Positions 1-11,849 of a DNA stretch of 64,000 bases are shown here, in pieces (the first letter of the stretch is position 1; the number at the start of each line of letters is the position of its first letter). Source of the DNA: the human T2T-CHM13v2.0 reference genome, Homo sapiens; the NCBI GenBank assembly GCA_009914755.4, contig CP068257.2, positions 43,040,001 to 43,104,000 on the forward strand, written 5' to 3'. The position numbers and the translations under genes were made by a program. A model generated the notes under the pieces. The model saw nothing but the letters and a program-made list of their open reading frames with translations, was not told the origin of the DNA and did not search any database.

Positions 1-1558
1 CCAAAGTTATCCTGAACAAAAAGAACAAACCTGTAGGTATCACACCGCTTGACTTCAAAATATATTACAAGGCTAAACAGCATAGTATTGGTATAAAACC
101 AGACACATAGATCAATGGAACAGAATAGAGAACCCAGAAATAAATCCATATATTTACAGCCAATTGATTTTCAACAAAGGTGCCAAGAACATACAATAGA
201 GAAAGGACACCCCTTCAATAAATGGTGCTGGGAAAACTGGATAGCCACATGCAGAAGAATGAAACTGGATCCCTACCTCTCATCATATACAGAAATCAAC
301 TCAAGATGTATCAAAGCCTTAAACATAAGACCGAAAACCATAAAGCTACTAGAAGAAAACATAAATGAAATGCTCCAGGACATTGGTCTAGGCAAACAGT
401 TTATGGCTAAGACTACAAAAACACAGGCAACAAAAACCAAAATAGACAAATGAGATTATATTAAACTGAAAAGCTCTGCACAGCAAACGGAACAATCAAC
501 AGAGTGAAGAGACAACCTGTGTAATGGGAGAAAATATTTGTAAACTATGCATCTGACAAGTGACTAATATCCAGAATATGTAAGGAACTCAAACAACTCA
601 ACAACAACAACAAAACAAATAATTCCATTAATAAATGGGCAAAGCACCTGAATAGGCATCTCTCAAAAGAAGACATACAAATGGCCAACAGGTATATTAA
701 AAAAAACTCAACATCACTAATCATCAGGGAACTTCAGATCAAAACTACAATGAGATAGCATCATCTTACCCCAATTAGAATGGCTATTATCAAAAAGACA
801 AAAAATAACAGATGCTGGTAAAGATGTGGAGAAAAGGGAACTCTTATACATCATTTGTGGAAGTGTAAATTAGTACAGCCATTATCAAAAATGGTATACA
901 GATTTCTCAGAAAACTAAAATAAAACTACCATACTATCCAGCAATCCTGCTACTATTTATTCAAAGGATAGGGAATTGGTGTATCAAAAAGATACCTGCA
1001 CCCCCATGTTTATTGCAGCACTATTCACAATAGCCAAGATACAGATTCAACCTAAATGTCTATCAATAAATAAATGAATCAAGAAACTGTGGTATATATT
1101 TACAATGGAATCTTATTCGGCCATAAAAAAGAATGAAGTCCTGCCATTTGCAGCAACATGGATGGAACCGAAGGTCATTAAAGACAAATATTACATGTTC
1201 TCACTCACATGTGGGAGTTCACAAAGTTGATCTCATGGAAGTAGAGAGTAGAATGATATTACCAGAGGTGAAGAACGGTGTGTGTTAGAGGAGAAGTGAG
1301 TTTGGTTAATGGGTACGAACATACAGTTACACAGAAAGAATAAGTTCTAATATTTGATAGCAGCATAGGGTGACTACAGTTAACAATGTATTGTATGTCT
1401 CAAATCAGCTAGAAGAGAGAGTGTAAAATGTCCTCAACACAGAGAAATGATAGACAAGGTGATGAATATCCTGATTTCATCATTACGTATCCTCTGTGTG
1501 TAAAGTATTTCATATGCCCCACAAATATGTAAACATATTATGTATCAATTTTTAAAAA
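1..1558 (+). mobile_element. L1 (LINE-1) 3' fragment: ORF2 C-terminal remnant plus 3' UTR
   Basis: ORF 115-453 and downstream frames translate to L1 ORF2 C-terminal motifs (NKWCWENWI..., ...MAIIKK..NRCW). AT-rich L1 3' UTR ends near 1558. Confidence 0.85.
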
Positions 1559-2008
1559 GTGCCATATGTAGATCAGTGATGGGAGTGTGTGCTGCAGAAC
1601 TAATCCAGTTCTGTAAACCTGAGATCCTCCGCGACCCGGGAAGCAGGACATCCACCAACCACATGGGAAAGCCCGATCCTCAGTGCTCTGAGGCTTTGGC
1701 CATCAATGCAGGGCTTGCTGGCCTGGAGCAGGAGTGGACAGCCAGTGGGGAAGCAAGGCCACTCCACCACAGGCGGGTAAGTCACCGCTGTGGCCACTGC
1801 AGCTGGGCCCCAGGAGCCCTGGGAGAGACCACATGGGCATCTGCAGCTGCGCCCTCCACCCGGGACACCACCTTCTGATGAGCACTGGGTGAAGGGATCA
1901 CTGAAGAGGGTTTAGCAGCAAATTCTATGTAATCAGCAGAATAGATAGCGGGGAGTATAGAAATAAAAAAGAGAGACAAGAAACGCAGAGTTGCATGGGG
2001 AAAGCTGG

Positions 2009-2014
2009 TTTATT
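2009..2014 (-). other. Candidate poly(A) signal (AATAAA on minus strand) for the KRTAP12-like gene
   Basis: Plus-strand TTTATT about 235 nt downstream (minus sense) of the stop codon at 2248-2250. Confidence 0.4.
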
Positions 2015-2247
2015 TGACTCTCATGGGGTCAGAGAATGACTCTGGGACCCCAGACTTCCCTGGGGGGATAGGCAAGTTCAGCCAGGGCTCCAGATCATTC
2101 TATTATATTCTCGATCCAGAATTCAGAGGGTTCACTGAGCATGCTTTTCACCTGCACCATGTGCAGAAGACCAACTGAGGACTCATCTAGGGAGTGTACA
2201 GGTGTGGCCTCATCTGCACTGGGAGCAGCGGGTCTGGAGATTCATGC

Positions 2248-2538
2248 TCAGCAGCAGGAAGGGGTGCTGCAGGAGATGGGTCTGCAGAGGACGCTGGTGC
2301 AGGAAGGCTGGCAGCACCCAGAGGACTGGCAGGAGGGAGCCGCATACACGACGGGCCTGCAGCTCACGGGCACGCACACAGAGGACTGGCATCTCACGGG
2401 CACACACACGGCTGGCTTGAAGCTCACGGGCACGCACACGGAGGACTGGCAGCCCACGGGGATGTAACAGGATGCCTGGCAGGGGCTGGGCGCGCAGCAG
2501 GCTGGCTGGCAGCCCGAGGAGCAGCTGGTGTGGCACAT
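2248..2538 (-). CDS. KRTAP12-1: Keratin-associated protein 12 family member, 96 aa, single exon, high-sulfur hair KAP
   Basis: The minus ORF contains MCHTSCSSGCQPACCAPSPCQASCYIPVGCQSSVCVPVSFKPAVCVPVRCQSSVCVPVSCRPVVYAAPSCQSSGCCQPSCTSVLCRPISCSTPSCC. The real start is the internal Met at 2538; the tracked ORF extends upstream without a TATA-consistent context. The Cys-rich CQ(P/S)SC pentapeptide repeats are typical of KRTAP12. Length and neighbourhood fit KRTAP12-1. Confidence 0.8.
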   Translation of the reverse strand: MCHTSCSSGCQPACCAPSPCQASCYIPVGCQSSVCVPVSFKPAVCVPVRCQSSVCVPVSCRPVVYAAPSCQSSGCCQPSCTSVLCRPISCSTPSCC

Positions 2539-2606
2539 GGTGGCGTGTGGCTGGATAAGGTCGAGGCAGAGGGCAGTGATGTCTGGGGACGGCCTCCCTG
2601 GGTAGC

Positions 2607-2613
2607 CTTTATA
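2607..2613 (-). promoter_or_regulatory. TATA box (TATAAAG on minus strand) about 70 nt upstream of the KRTAP12 ATG
   Basis: Reverse complement of 2601-2620 reads ...CAGGTATAAAGGCTACC. Confidence 0.5.
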
Positions 2614-3795
2614 CCTGGACCCAGGCATCCCCACAGCACAGAAGCACACACCTGTTGTCTTCCTTGTTTTTCTTCCTCAAGGCTGTTTCCTGGAACTCAG
2701 TTTTCTGTCGTAGATGATGTTTTTTATCTGGCCCTTTGTTTCGTGACTAATTGCACCCTCTTCAAGCTCTTGTTACATTTGGAAACCTGCCCAAATTTAT
2801 CAGTGATGCACAGGCAGTTTTAGCTCCACCTGCCTGATATCTGCCTCCCTTCGTTAGTTCTACGCTGAAGCAGACATGAGTGGTACCCAAAAGAGCTCCT
2901 CGAACCGCAACTTCTGTTGCATCAACCAGAAACTTTGGGGAAGAGACCAGAACTGAATATAGACAATGAAATCATACTGGGGAACCTGCTGGAGTGAGTG
3001 ATGCAAAGCTGGCTACTCTATCAACTATACAGTTGAGATTTAGGAGATGCTCGTTTTCAGGCAGCCGTCAACCAGCAGTGCAGACTGTGCTTCCTGAGAG
3101 AGAAGAAACTTAGGAGATAAACTCCCATTTCCCAGCTCTCTGCTGGGGCAGGCTTCCAAAATGCAGTGTCACCTTCCAAAATGCAGTGTCACCAGCCGGA
3201 GTCAGAGCAGAATACAGTGACCCAACTCTGCCGAGGAGGAAGGGGCCAGCGCTCAAGCAGCTGAAGCCCTGGAGTCCGAGGAGCAGAGAAGCGGAAAGAA
3301 GGATCCGTGTGGAGAGCAGGCCCCGCACTGTGGGAGCTGACTGTGAATCTGTGGAACGGGGCAGGGCTGTGCATTCCCAGGGCAAGGCAACCACAGGCTC
3401 ACCAGAGAGAAGCTGCCAGAGGATTGAGAGTGAAGCCCCCCTCCAGTCCCCACGTCGACATCCAGCCGAGACCCCCTACAGCCCGGCACCAAATGAGTAA
3501 GGACCACAGACTACAGTGAGACCCGCCTAGGCCAGCCCGAACAAAGCCTAAACCAATTCAGAATAGGATTTTTAGGGAAGACAGTTTGGAATGTGAGTCC
3601 CACCAAGATACAGAGTGTTCCAAGTTGTAGATGCTTCCCAGAGATCCACCCTAGCAAAGTGTTGAACAAAAACTGCACAAGATTAAGGTCATTCTCCAGT
3701 AACTGACGGCTAGAAAATCAGAAACATGATACAGCTCAGAGTCTGTAAATGCATTATTATGATACCTCATACACAATCAAAATCATCAGATATTG

Positions 3796-4089
3796 ACCAG
3801 GCACGGTTGTTTATGCCTGTAATCCCAGCACTTTGGGAGACCAAGATGGGAAGATTGCTTGAGGCTAGGAGTTTGAGACCAGCCTGGGCAACATAGTGAG
3901 ACTCTGTCTCTACAAAAAAAATGGTTAAAAATTAGCCAGACATGGTGGTGCATGCTTGTGGTCCCGGCTACACGGTAGGTTGAGGCAGGAGGGTCTATTG
4001 AGCCTGGGAGGTTGAGGATGCCATGAGTTATGATCACACCACTGCACTCCAGCCAGGGCAACAGAGCAAGACCCCGTCTCAAAAAACAA
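3796..4089 (+). mobile_element. Alu (full length) with target-site duplication
   Basis: GGCACGG..CCTGTAATCCCAGCACTTTGGGAG...GCCTGGGCAACA consensus and A-tail. Flanking direct repeat AATCATCAGATATT at 3781-3794 and 4091-4104. Confidence 0.9.
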
Positions 4090-4659
4090 ATCATCAGATA
4101 TTAAAGATATAGGTAAATTTAATTCACTGTTAAAAAAAATAAACCTGAGATGGTCTAGATATTGGACATGGCAAATGATGACTGTAAGCAGCTATTATAG
4201 ACATCTTCCAAAAAATCCAAGAAAACTGTTCAAATAATTAAAGGAAAACATTGTCTTCATGAATGGATAAATAGGGAATCTCAGTAGAGTAATTGAAGCT
4301 ATTTTTTAAAATGGGAATCCTAGAACTGAAAAGTACAGTAGTTAGAAATTTTAAATACACCAAATTTGACTTCAAAAATCAACAACGTCCAAATCCAGGA
4401 ATCTCAGAAAGCCCCCAGTAGGATAAATAGGAAGAAAACCACATCCAGGCACATCATGAAGTGATGACAACCAAAAATGAAGACAAAATCTCAAAAGCAG
4501 TGACAGGAAGACACTTTACATACAAAGGAACAAGGATAAGAAAAACGCCCTGGCTTCTCGTGAGAAACAGTGGAGACACATCTTTAAAATGCTGAGCAAC
4601 AATAACTGGCAATCCAGAAGTCTACATCTATGAAGAACGTGCTTAAAGACTGAGATTGA

Positions 4660-4949
4660 GGCCGGGCCGGGCACTGTGGTTCACACCTCTAATCCCAGCA
4701 CTTTGAAGGCTGAGGCAAGAGGATCACTTGAGCCCAGGAGTTGTAGACCAGCCTGGGCAACAAGCAAGAGCACATCTCTACAGAAAATTTAAAAATTAGC
4801 TAGGGGTGGCGGTGTGCACCTGTAGTCCCAACTATTCAGGAGGATGAGGCAGGAGGATAGCTTGAGCCCAGGAGTTCGAAGCTGCAGTGAGCTATGACTG
4901 CACCATCACACTTCAGCCTGGGTGACCGAGCAAGAAGGGTCTCAAAAAA
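4660..4949 (+). mobile_element. Alu (full length) with target-site duplication
   Basis: GGCCGGGCCGGGCACTGTGG...AATCCCAGCACTTTG... consensus. Flanking direct repeat ACTGAGATTGA(A)G. Confidence 0.9.
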
Positions 4950-5040
4950 CCCCAGAAACTGAGATTGAAGTGAAAACCTGTTCAGAGGAGCAAAAGCTGG
5001 GAGAAATGCTCCCCTGCAGATGTGCACTGCAGGCAACGTG

Positions 5041-5180
5041 GACAGATGTGCTTTAGGTTGACTAGGACGAGGCCAGGTGGGCCCTGACCTGCAGGAAGGA
5101 GTAAGGGCCAGGCAACGTGCACGGATGTGCTTTAGGTTGACTAGGACGAGGCCAGATGGGCCCTGACCTGCAGGAAGGAG
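5041..5180. repeat. Local tandem duplication, 2 x about 68 bp
   Basis: CAGGCAACGTG.ACAGATGTGCTTTAGGTTGACTAGGACGAGGCCAG.TGGGCCCTGACCTGCAGGAAGGAG occurs twice with 3 mismatches. Confidence 0.8.
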
Positions 5181-6759
5181 ATGGGGGAAGGTAAAGGAGC
5201 AGGTAAATATCAAAGATGCATCCTCATTCTTCTGTAGTCAACTTGTAAGACAGCTAACCTTTAAAATGGATTACTTGGTGACTAGGTCACATAGGAACAT
5301 GTGATCACTGTGGCTGCCCCAATTCTCCTGGTTTTTAAGTGTGATTCTGAACTATAGCAGTGAAAGGAGTTGCCTGTGACAGGGCTGAACTTGTGGCCTC
5401 ACCCGGCTTGTCCCTAGGCCTTAAGGTCACTCCCACATGGCCACAGATCGGCTCTGGGTCCATAGACTTCTAAGTTCTGTCCACAGCTCTGAGACCCCAC
5501 TTGGTCTTCAGCCTTGGAGGGGATTTCATTAACGTGGTGTCTGACTTGTCTGAAGGCTTCTTGGCAGGAATCACCCATATCCACCACCAGCAGGCACAGG
5601 AGGACCCACACAGGAGCAGAGGGTGCCCCTGGGAGCTGCCTGGGATGGAGGGAGTAGCTCTGCCGTGAGAGATGGCTCATACCCCTACTGTGTGACACCA
5701 CCGTAGAATAAAGCGCTGTGGCCAATCCATCGAGAGAACAGAGCTGGAGTGTGAGGAGGAGCGTGTCATCCACACTCCTGCCCACTGCTTCCCAAGTTCA
5801 GGGGCATCCTGGAATTTCACACCAGCTCCTCACTTTCCCCCAAGCTGCCTCTGCAGGGGTGAGACTGACCAGACCCACAGCGAGGGAGAGGAACCAGACA
5901 TGAGTAGCTCAGGCCCTCCTCTGTGATGGGTCCTCCTGGGCTCCGTCTGCAGAGGAGGTGTCCTGTGGCCATTAGTGCTACTCGTGGGAAGTGGACACTT
6001 CTGAGGTGTGGTGTCAGGAAGCCCACTGTGGTCACACGCCTGAGCCATGCTCTGCAGACGCCAACGTGGCTGATGTTTTCATCCATCTTCTCTGTCCCAG
6101 CTGGTTCAGGACTTCAGGATGAGTCACTTATTGAACGCTCTACCCCCGGTATAATTTGGCACAGTGGTAATGACCATGGATCCCAGAGTGAAACTAAGCA
6201 GTCCAGATCCCTGCACCTCTGCAGTGGTGCAGACACGCACCCATTGTGCAAACCCTCTATGACTTACAAATTGCACATCTGTAAAATGGGGTATCAGCCA
6301 CCCCGAATGCTGGCAAAGATCAATGAGATAATCACAACCTGGCACAGTGTTAGACCTCTGTGCATTACTGTTACCTCAATAATCATCATTATTATTCCAC
6401 AATATGGAGCCCAGTAGCTTGGCTCTCATTACTTGGGAAGACCCTGATGATGACTGAGCTTCTCAGTCAAAACGGGGCCCCTGGTGTAGTGAGTGTGACT
6501 GTGCTTGTGTGAGCTCCAGATGGCATTTACAACAGGGGGACCTTGAACATCCATGAGGTGGACCCCTGGCCTCACTGACAGCCCTTCACCAGCTCCCCTC
6601 GGCTCTGTTTCCAGGAAACACATGGTCTGCTGAGTCATGGGAACCCCCAGCTCAGAGGTTCCTGAACTGAGTAACCTCAACAAGAAAACCCAGAAAGATC
6701 AACAGGAGAGGGCAGAGGAGGAAAACCCACCCAAGGAGGAAGATGCCAGGGGCCTTGCT

Positions 6760-7035
6760 GCCCGGATGCCCGTGACCTGCCCTGGTTCTATGCTGCATCT
6801 CCACCACCTGCTGCCCACCCAGGGCTGTGGGACCTCCTGCTGCCACCTGGCCACCCCCGCCCTGCCCCCCGCACCGTGCAGCTCTGCTGTGCCGGCCCCT
6901 GTGTGAGGCGTCCACCTCCTGCCAGCTGGCCTGCCGCATGCTCAGGTCGGGCCTGTGTGTGGCCGCCTCCTGCCGGTCCTCCAGGTGCTGCCCGCCCTTC
7001 TGCCCCTTCCCTGGCCTGCAGACGTGTGACCTGCC
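6760..7035 (+). pseudogene. Decayed KRTAP10-like relic (C-terminal portion)
   Basis: DNA-level similarity to the 3' end of the KRTAP10 CDS at 18181-18379 (CACCTCCTGCCAGC..., GGCCGCCTCCTGCCGGTCCTCC versus GGCCTCCTGCGGGTCCCTCC, terminal ...GGCCTGCTGCTGA versus ...GGCCTGCTGA). Cys-rich frames; no intact ORF. Confidence 0.35.
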
Positions 7036-8856
7036 ACACCGGCCTGCTGCTGATGGATTATCCTGATAATCAACTCTCTGCTATTGTTTAGCAAAAGCCT
7101 TTCCCTTTGTCCTATTATCAGAATCCCCCTGCACTTCTCAGTCCCTGGTGACAGATCCACCTCCCACCGTGGCTGGAATTTCCCCTGAACGTTCTTGTGC
7201 AGGAAGGCTTAGTTCTCTATCAAAAATAAGTCTCTCTGCTCCTTAATAGTGGGTCTTTTTAAAAATTTCCCTGAAGCTGTTTCTCGTTGTCCTTTGCCTT
7301 CCTGACCAAGACAATGTCAGCATGGGGTTCTGTCCTTGGTCACTGCTCAGAGGTGGAGCTTGACCCTGGGATGTCGGGAAGACGCTCTGGGAAAAGCTGT
7401 GGCTGAAGCTGCTGAGTCCAAAGGGGGTGTCTCCTTCCCAGTAGTTTCAGACGAGGATCTCTCAGCCAGGACTCTTCTGGAGCCTGGAAACCAAGCCACA
7501 GGACGAAGGGCTGCGGGAAGAAGGAGGCTGAGCCTGGGGAACCTGGTGGCTGCCTTCGGGTGTCAGAAGGGCTTTCCCCCAGCACGCGTTTCCCCAGAGG
7601 CTGGATTGGGGCCACTGAGGCGGTGTGACAGGGAGGTAGATTTCAGCTCAGCAGGAGGAAGGGTCCCCTGAAAGCCAGGGCTCCCAGTGACACACTGGGC
7701 GCCTGGTGATTACTCAGCTTCTGGGTGCTGAGGGCTCTGAACGGCAGGCACACTTGTCCCACTGTATCATAACAGAAAAAACCGGAACGGCCCATGTGCC
7801 CATTAGCTGGTGGATGGATAAACACAGCGTGACAGAGCGGTACAGCGGAATCCACACCAGCACTGAGGGCGGCATTGCTTACGCACACAGCAACAGGAAC
7901 GCATCGCAGAAACACCGCGCGGGGTGGGAGAGGCCGGCACCAGAGGACTTGCTGTATGACTCCATCTGAATGAGTTCTAAAACAAGGAGAACCAATTCAT
8001 GCTTTAAAAAATTCTCAGCAGTGGCCATCTCTGGGGGATTGGGTGAAATTGACTGGGGAAGGCAGAAGAGTTCTGGAGAGGATGGTAAAGTCCAGGGTCC
8101 TGATGGGGGTCCTCTCCCAGCCAGGAGGGAAGCCAGGACCACCCTCTCCCCTGGGCCTTGAGGGGGCCTGGGTGAGCTGTGTTGACAGATTGGCAAACTT
8201 CGTCAAATGATACCCTTGAGATTTGAATCATTTCACATGCAAAACAAATGCTGAACTCGAGTTAATGGCAGGTTGCTGCAGTGTGTGAGTGAAGTGTGCG
8301 GTTGCTGCACCTTCCCCTGCAGTGCCTGTGAAATATGATGCACTGACAGAGGCCGGCTCGGGGGTGAGTATCCGATCAAGCACAGTGAGTGACGTGCCAG
8401 GTGCAGATCCAGGGCCGGGCGCGTGGATGCCCACTGTTTAATTTTTACAACTTTTCTGTATGTTTCCGTTTTTCATAACAAAATGAAAATAAAGATAGTT
8501 TTTAAAAAGTAGTTCAGAAGATGAAAACAGTAAATGTTTTCATAAAAAATAGAAGCCACACATGAGATCCTTGCTTTGGAGAATTGGGCTATGATCAGAG
8601 GGAAGTGGGGTGCACTCAGAGAATTGGGGTACCCAGCATTCAGGGAGAATAACGGTGGATCGCAGGTCAGCCAAATGTCCCAGAAGCAGCAGGACAGTCA
8701 TGAGGAAGCCAACACTACTCAAACAGTGTGGCTGCCCCAGGGCAGGATGGCAGACCCAGCCCACCATTCCCATCTCCACCTTCCCAAGACCACCACAGGG
8801 GAGGGCAAGTGAGTTTACCAAGGATGAGGGACTCCAGCAATGAAAAGGAAAGAGAC

Positions 8857-9139
8857 GGCCAGGCGCGGTGGCTCACGCCTGTAATCCCAGCACTTTGGGA
8901 GGCCGAGGAGGGCAGATCATGAGGTCAGGAGATGGAGACCATCCTGGCTAACACGGTGAAACCCTGTCTCTACTAAAATTACAAAAAATCAGCCGGGTAT
9001 GGTGGCGGGCGCCTGTAGTCCCAGCTAGTCAGGAGGCTGAGGCATGAACCCGGGAGGTGGAGCTTGCAGTGAGCCGAGATCGCCCCACTGGACTCCAGCC
9101 TGGGCAACAGAGCCAGACTCTATCTCAAAGAAAAAAAAA
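8857..9139 (+). mobile_element. Alu with 17-bp target-site duplication
   Basis: GGCCAGGCGCGGTGGCTCACGCCTGTAATCCCAGCACTTTGGGAGGCCGAGG... Flanked by AATGAAAAGGAAAGAGA on both sides. Confidence 0.9.
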
Positions 9140-9637
9140 TGAAAAGGAAAGAGAAGGGTGTGTGTGGACTGCCGACCAGGGCAGAGGTGGGACCCACCTG
9201 CCTGGGAGCCCCACACAGTTCTGCTTCCCAGCAAGCCCAGCGGAAGGGGAGTGGGGAGGGCTGCAGTGGAGAGGGGGACTGAAGGTGTGAGCATGTCACC
9301 CCCTGGCCAGGACCCCTAAAGGCCCCGAGGGGCACCAGGCACAGTTCTCTCATGCTGGCCTCGGGCTCCCATCGCTTTTACTCCAAAGTGAGGCTGGCGA
9401 TGGATGGACCTGCGCCCCGAGCATAGAGCACCAGGCCAACCTCCCCACTCAGGTGGGGGCTCCTCCAGCAGAAAACAGACCACACACACAGCAAGAGAGG
9501 AGCCCGGGCAGCCCGGGACCACCCTCACCCCAGCCAGGAGGGAAGCCAGCGGCACGAAAAGCAAGACCAAGATAAACTAACATATCACTGCACCCAGGGG
9601 AAACCAATGGTTTAAGGAACTTAAAAAATCCTAAATA

Positions 9638-9949
<312 letters not shown>

Positions 9950-10124
9950 TCAGATATTCAGGAAGATGTTACATCTACCAAACAAGGACAAGATGCTTTG
10001 AAAATGAACAATTAGAACAATGATCCCTAAAATGTCACAGATATTAAACATCTCATTGATATTTAAAATTAAACAGAGAGGCTTGAAGGTGAGTGTATTA
10101 GGGTTCCCTTAGAGGGACAGAATA

Positions 10125-10126
<2 letters not shown>

Positions 10127-10182
<56 letters not shown>
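10127..10182. repeat. (AT)n microsatellite, about 28 units
   Basis: Uninterrupted ATAT... run. Confidence 0.95.
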
Positions 10183-10186
<4 letters not shown>

Positions 10187-11237
10187 GGGGGGGTTACTAA
10201 GTATTAACTAACATGATCACAAGGTCCCACAATAGGCCGTCTGCAAGCTGAGGAGCAAAGAGATCCAGTCTGAGTCCCAAAACTGAAGAACTTGGAGTCC
10301 AGTGTTCAAGGGCAGAAAGCATCCAGCACAGCAGAAAGATGTAGGCTGGGAGGCTAGGCCAGTCTCGCCTCTTCACATTTTTTCTGTCTGCTTTATATTC
10401 GCTGGCAGCTGATTAGATGGTGCCCACTCAGATTAAGGGTGGGCCTGCCTTTCCCAGCCACTGACTCAAATGTGAATCTCCTTTGGCAACACCCTTACAG
10501 ACACTCCCAGGATCAGTACTTTGCATCCTTCAATCCAATCAAGTTGACACTCAGTATTAACCATCACCATGAGGTTGAGAAATCGCTCTGATTTGGAACA
10601 AAACGTCAAAGAGATAAAAAAGAAATGAGGAAAAAATACCATAAATGACTGATCTAGTGAATGTAATCCCTGATGTGTGGGAGTCCCACAAAGCGGGACA
10701 GTGAGAATGATGAGCGGATGCACAAATAAACTCCTAAAGAGGAGCATTTCCCAAGGCTAAAGACACAGTCTTCAGGCTGAAAAGAACCAAGTGATGCCAA
10801 GAAAAATGAACGGAAAAATCCTAGATATGTCCTCTGTTGAAATGATATAACATCAAAGATAACAAGTGGTTCCCATGGGCTTCCAGAAAATCAAACAAAC
10901 AAACAAATGAACAAGTCACCCACAAGCAATAAAAATCAGATTAGCATCAGACATCTCATCAGCAGCACTGAAGGCTACAGACTCACAGAACAACACTCAT
11001 GATGTCCGGGAGGTCAGCATTCAGCCCACGCTTTCAAAGATGAGCATGCTGTAAATAAACAGGTTAAACAAAAGATAAGCAGTTCTTAAGATAAGCAGTA
11101 AACATGACAGCAAATTATTAACCATAAAACTATTAAGCAAGCATATGTGTTTTTCTAAGGCTAAGTAGCATGTATTTTATCCTCTGGGGGTGTGGTCATT
11201 TGCTTTTCTACATTTTTGTTTGTCTGTTTGTTTATAG

Positions 11238-11352
11238 AGAAGGGGTGGTCTTGCCATGTTGTCAGTCTAGCATCAAGCTTCTGGGCTCAAGTGATCCTTC
11301 CACCTCAGCCTCTCAAGTAGCTGGGACTACAGGTATGCACCACCATGCCAGG
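11238..11352 (-). mobile_element. Alu fragment (antisense)
   Basis: GGTCTTGCCATGTTG...GCTCAAGTGATCCTTCCACCTCAGCCTCTCAAGTAGCTGGGACTACAGG is the reverse complement of the Alu consensus. Confidence 0.75.
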
Positions 11353-11492
11353 CTCTTTTCAAAATATTTTAAAGTAGTGGAAATATTTTTTCAAACTGAA
11401 TCTGACCTAGAAGTCAAGTCTGTAAAACAGATTAAAACACAGCTTCTCTAATTTAAAGTGGGATGGAGAATCCAGACACCTATTAGTTTGTC

Positions 11493-11578
11493 CTCCTCCC
11501 CTCCCTTCCCTTCATCTCCCCTCGCCTCCTCTCCCCTTCTCTCCTCTCTCCACACTTCTCTCTCTCTCCCCAGCTCAC
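11493..11578. repeat. Polypyrimidine (CT-rich) low-complexity tract
   Basis: CCTCCTCCCCTCCCTTCCCTTCATCTCCCCTCGCCTCCTCTCCCC... Confidence 0.8.
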
Positions 11579-11849
11579 CCCCTTACCTAGGTAACATCTG
11601 AAATGTCTCCTAAGAACATGATTTTACAACCTTGTTGCTTTGAGTCCCTCTCTCTCCCCAAGCTCTAAGAGATTACGGAATTAGCATGTGCATCATTAGG
11701 CCAGGGAACAGAGCTGATAGCAAAGAATGGCACTCACCCCTATGTCTCTAACGTATAACTGTTAACAACATATGTTGTATCAGCCATTACTCACAGCTGA
11801 CTTTCTCTATAATAAGCTTATTTTTTCAAGAATCCTTATGTCCCCATCC

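Noticed and set aside
115-453. 112-aa ORF at the window start
   Set aside because: Fragment of L1 ORF2, not a host gene.
2141-2823. Plus-strand ORFs (108 aa, 209 aa, 72 aa) overlapping the KRTAP12-like gene
   Set aside because: Alternative or antisense frames of the Cys-repeat CDS. Only the minus-strand Cys-rich frame matches a KAP.
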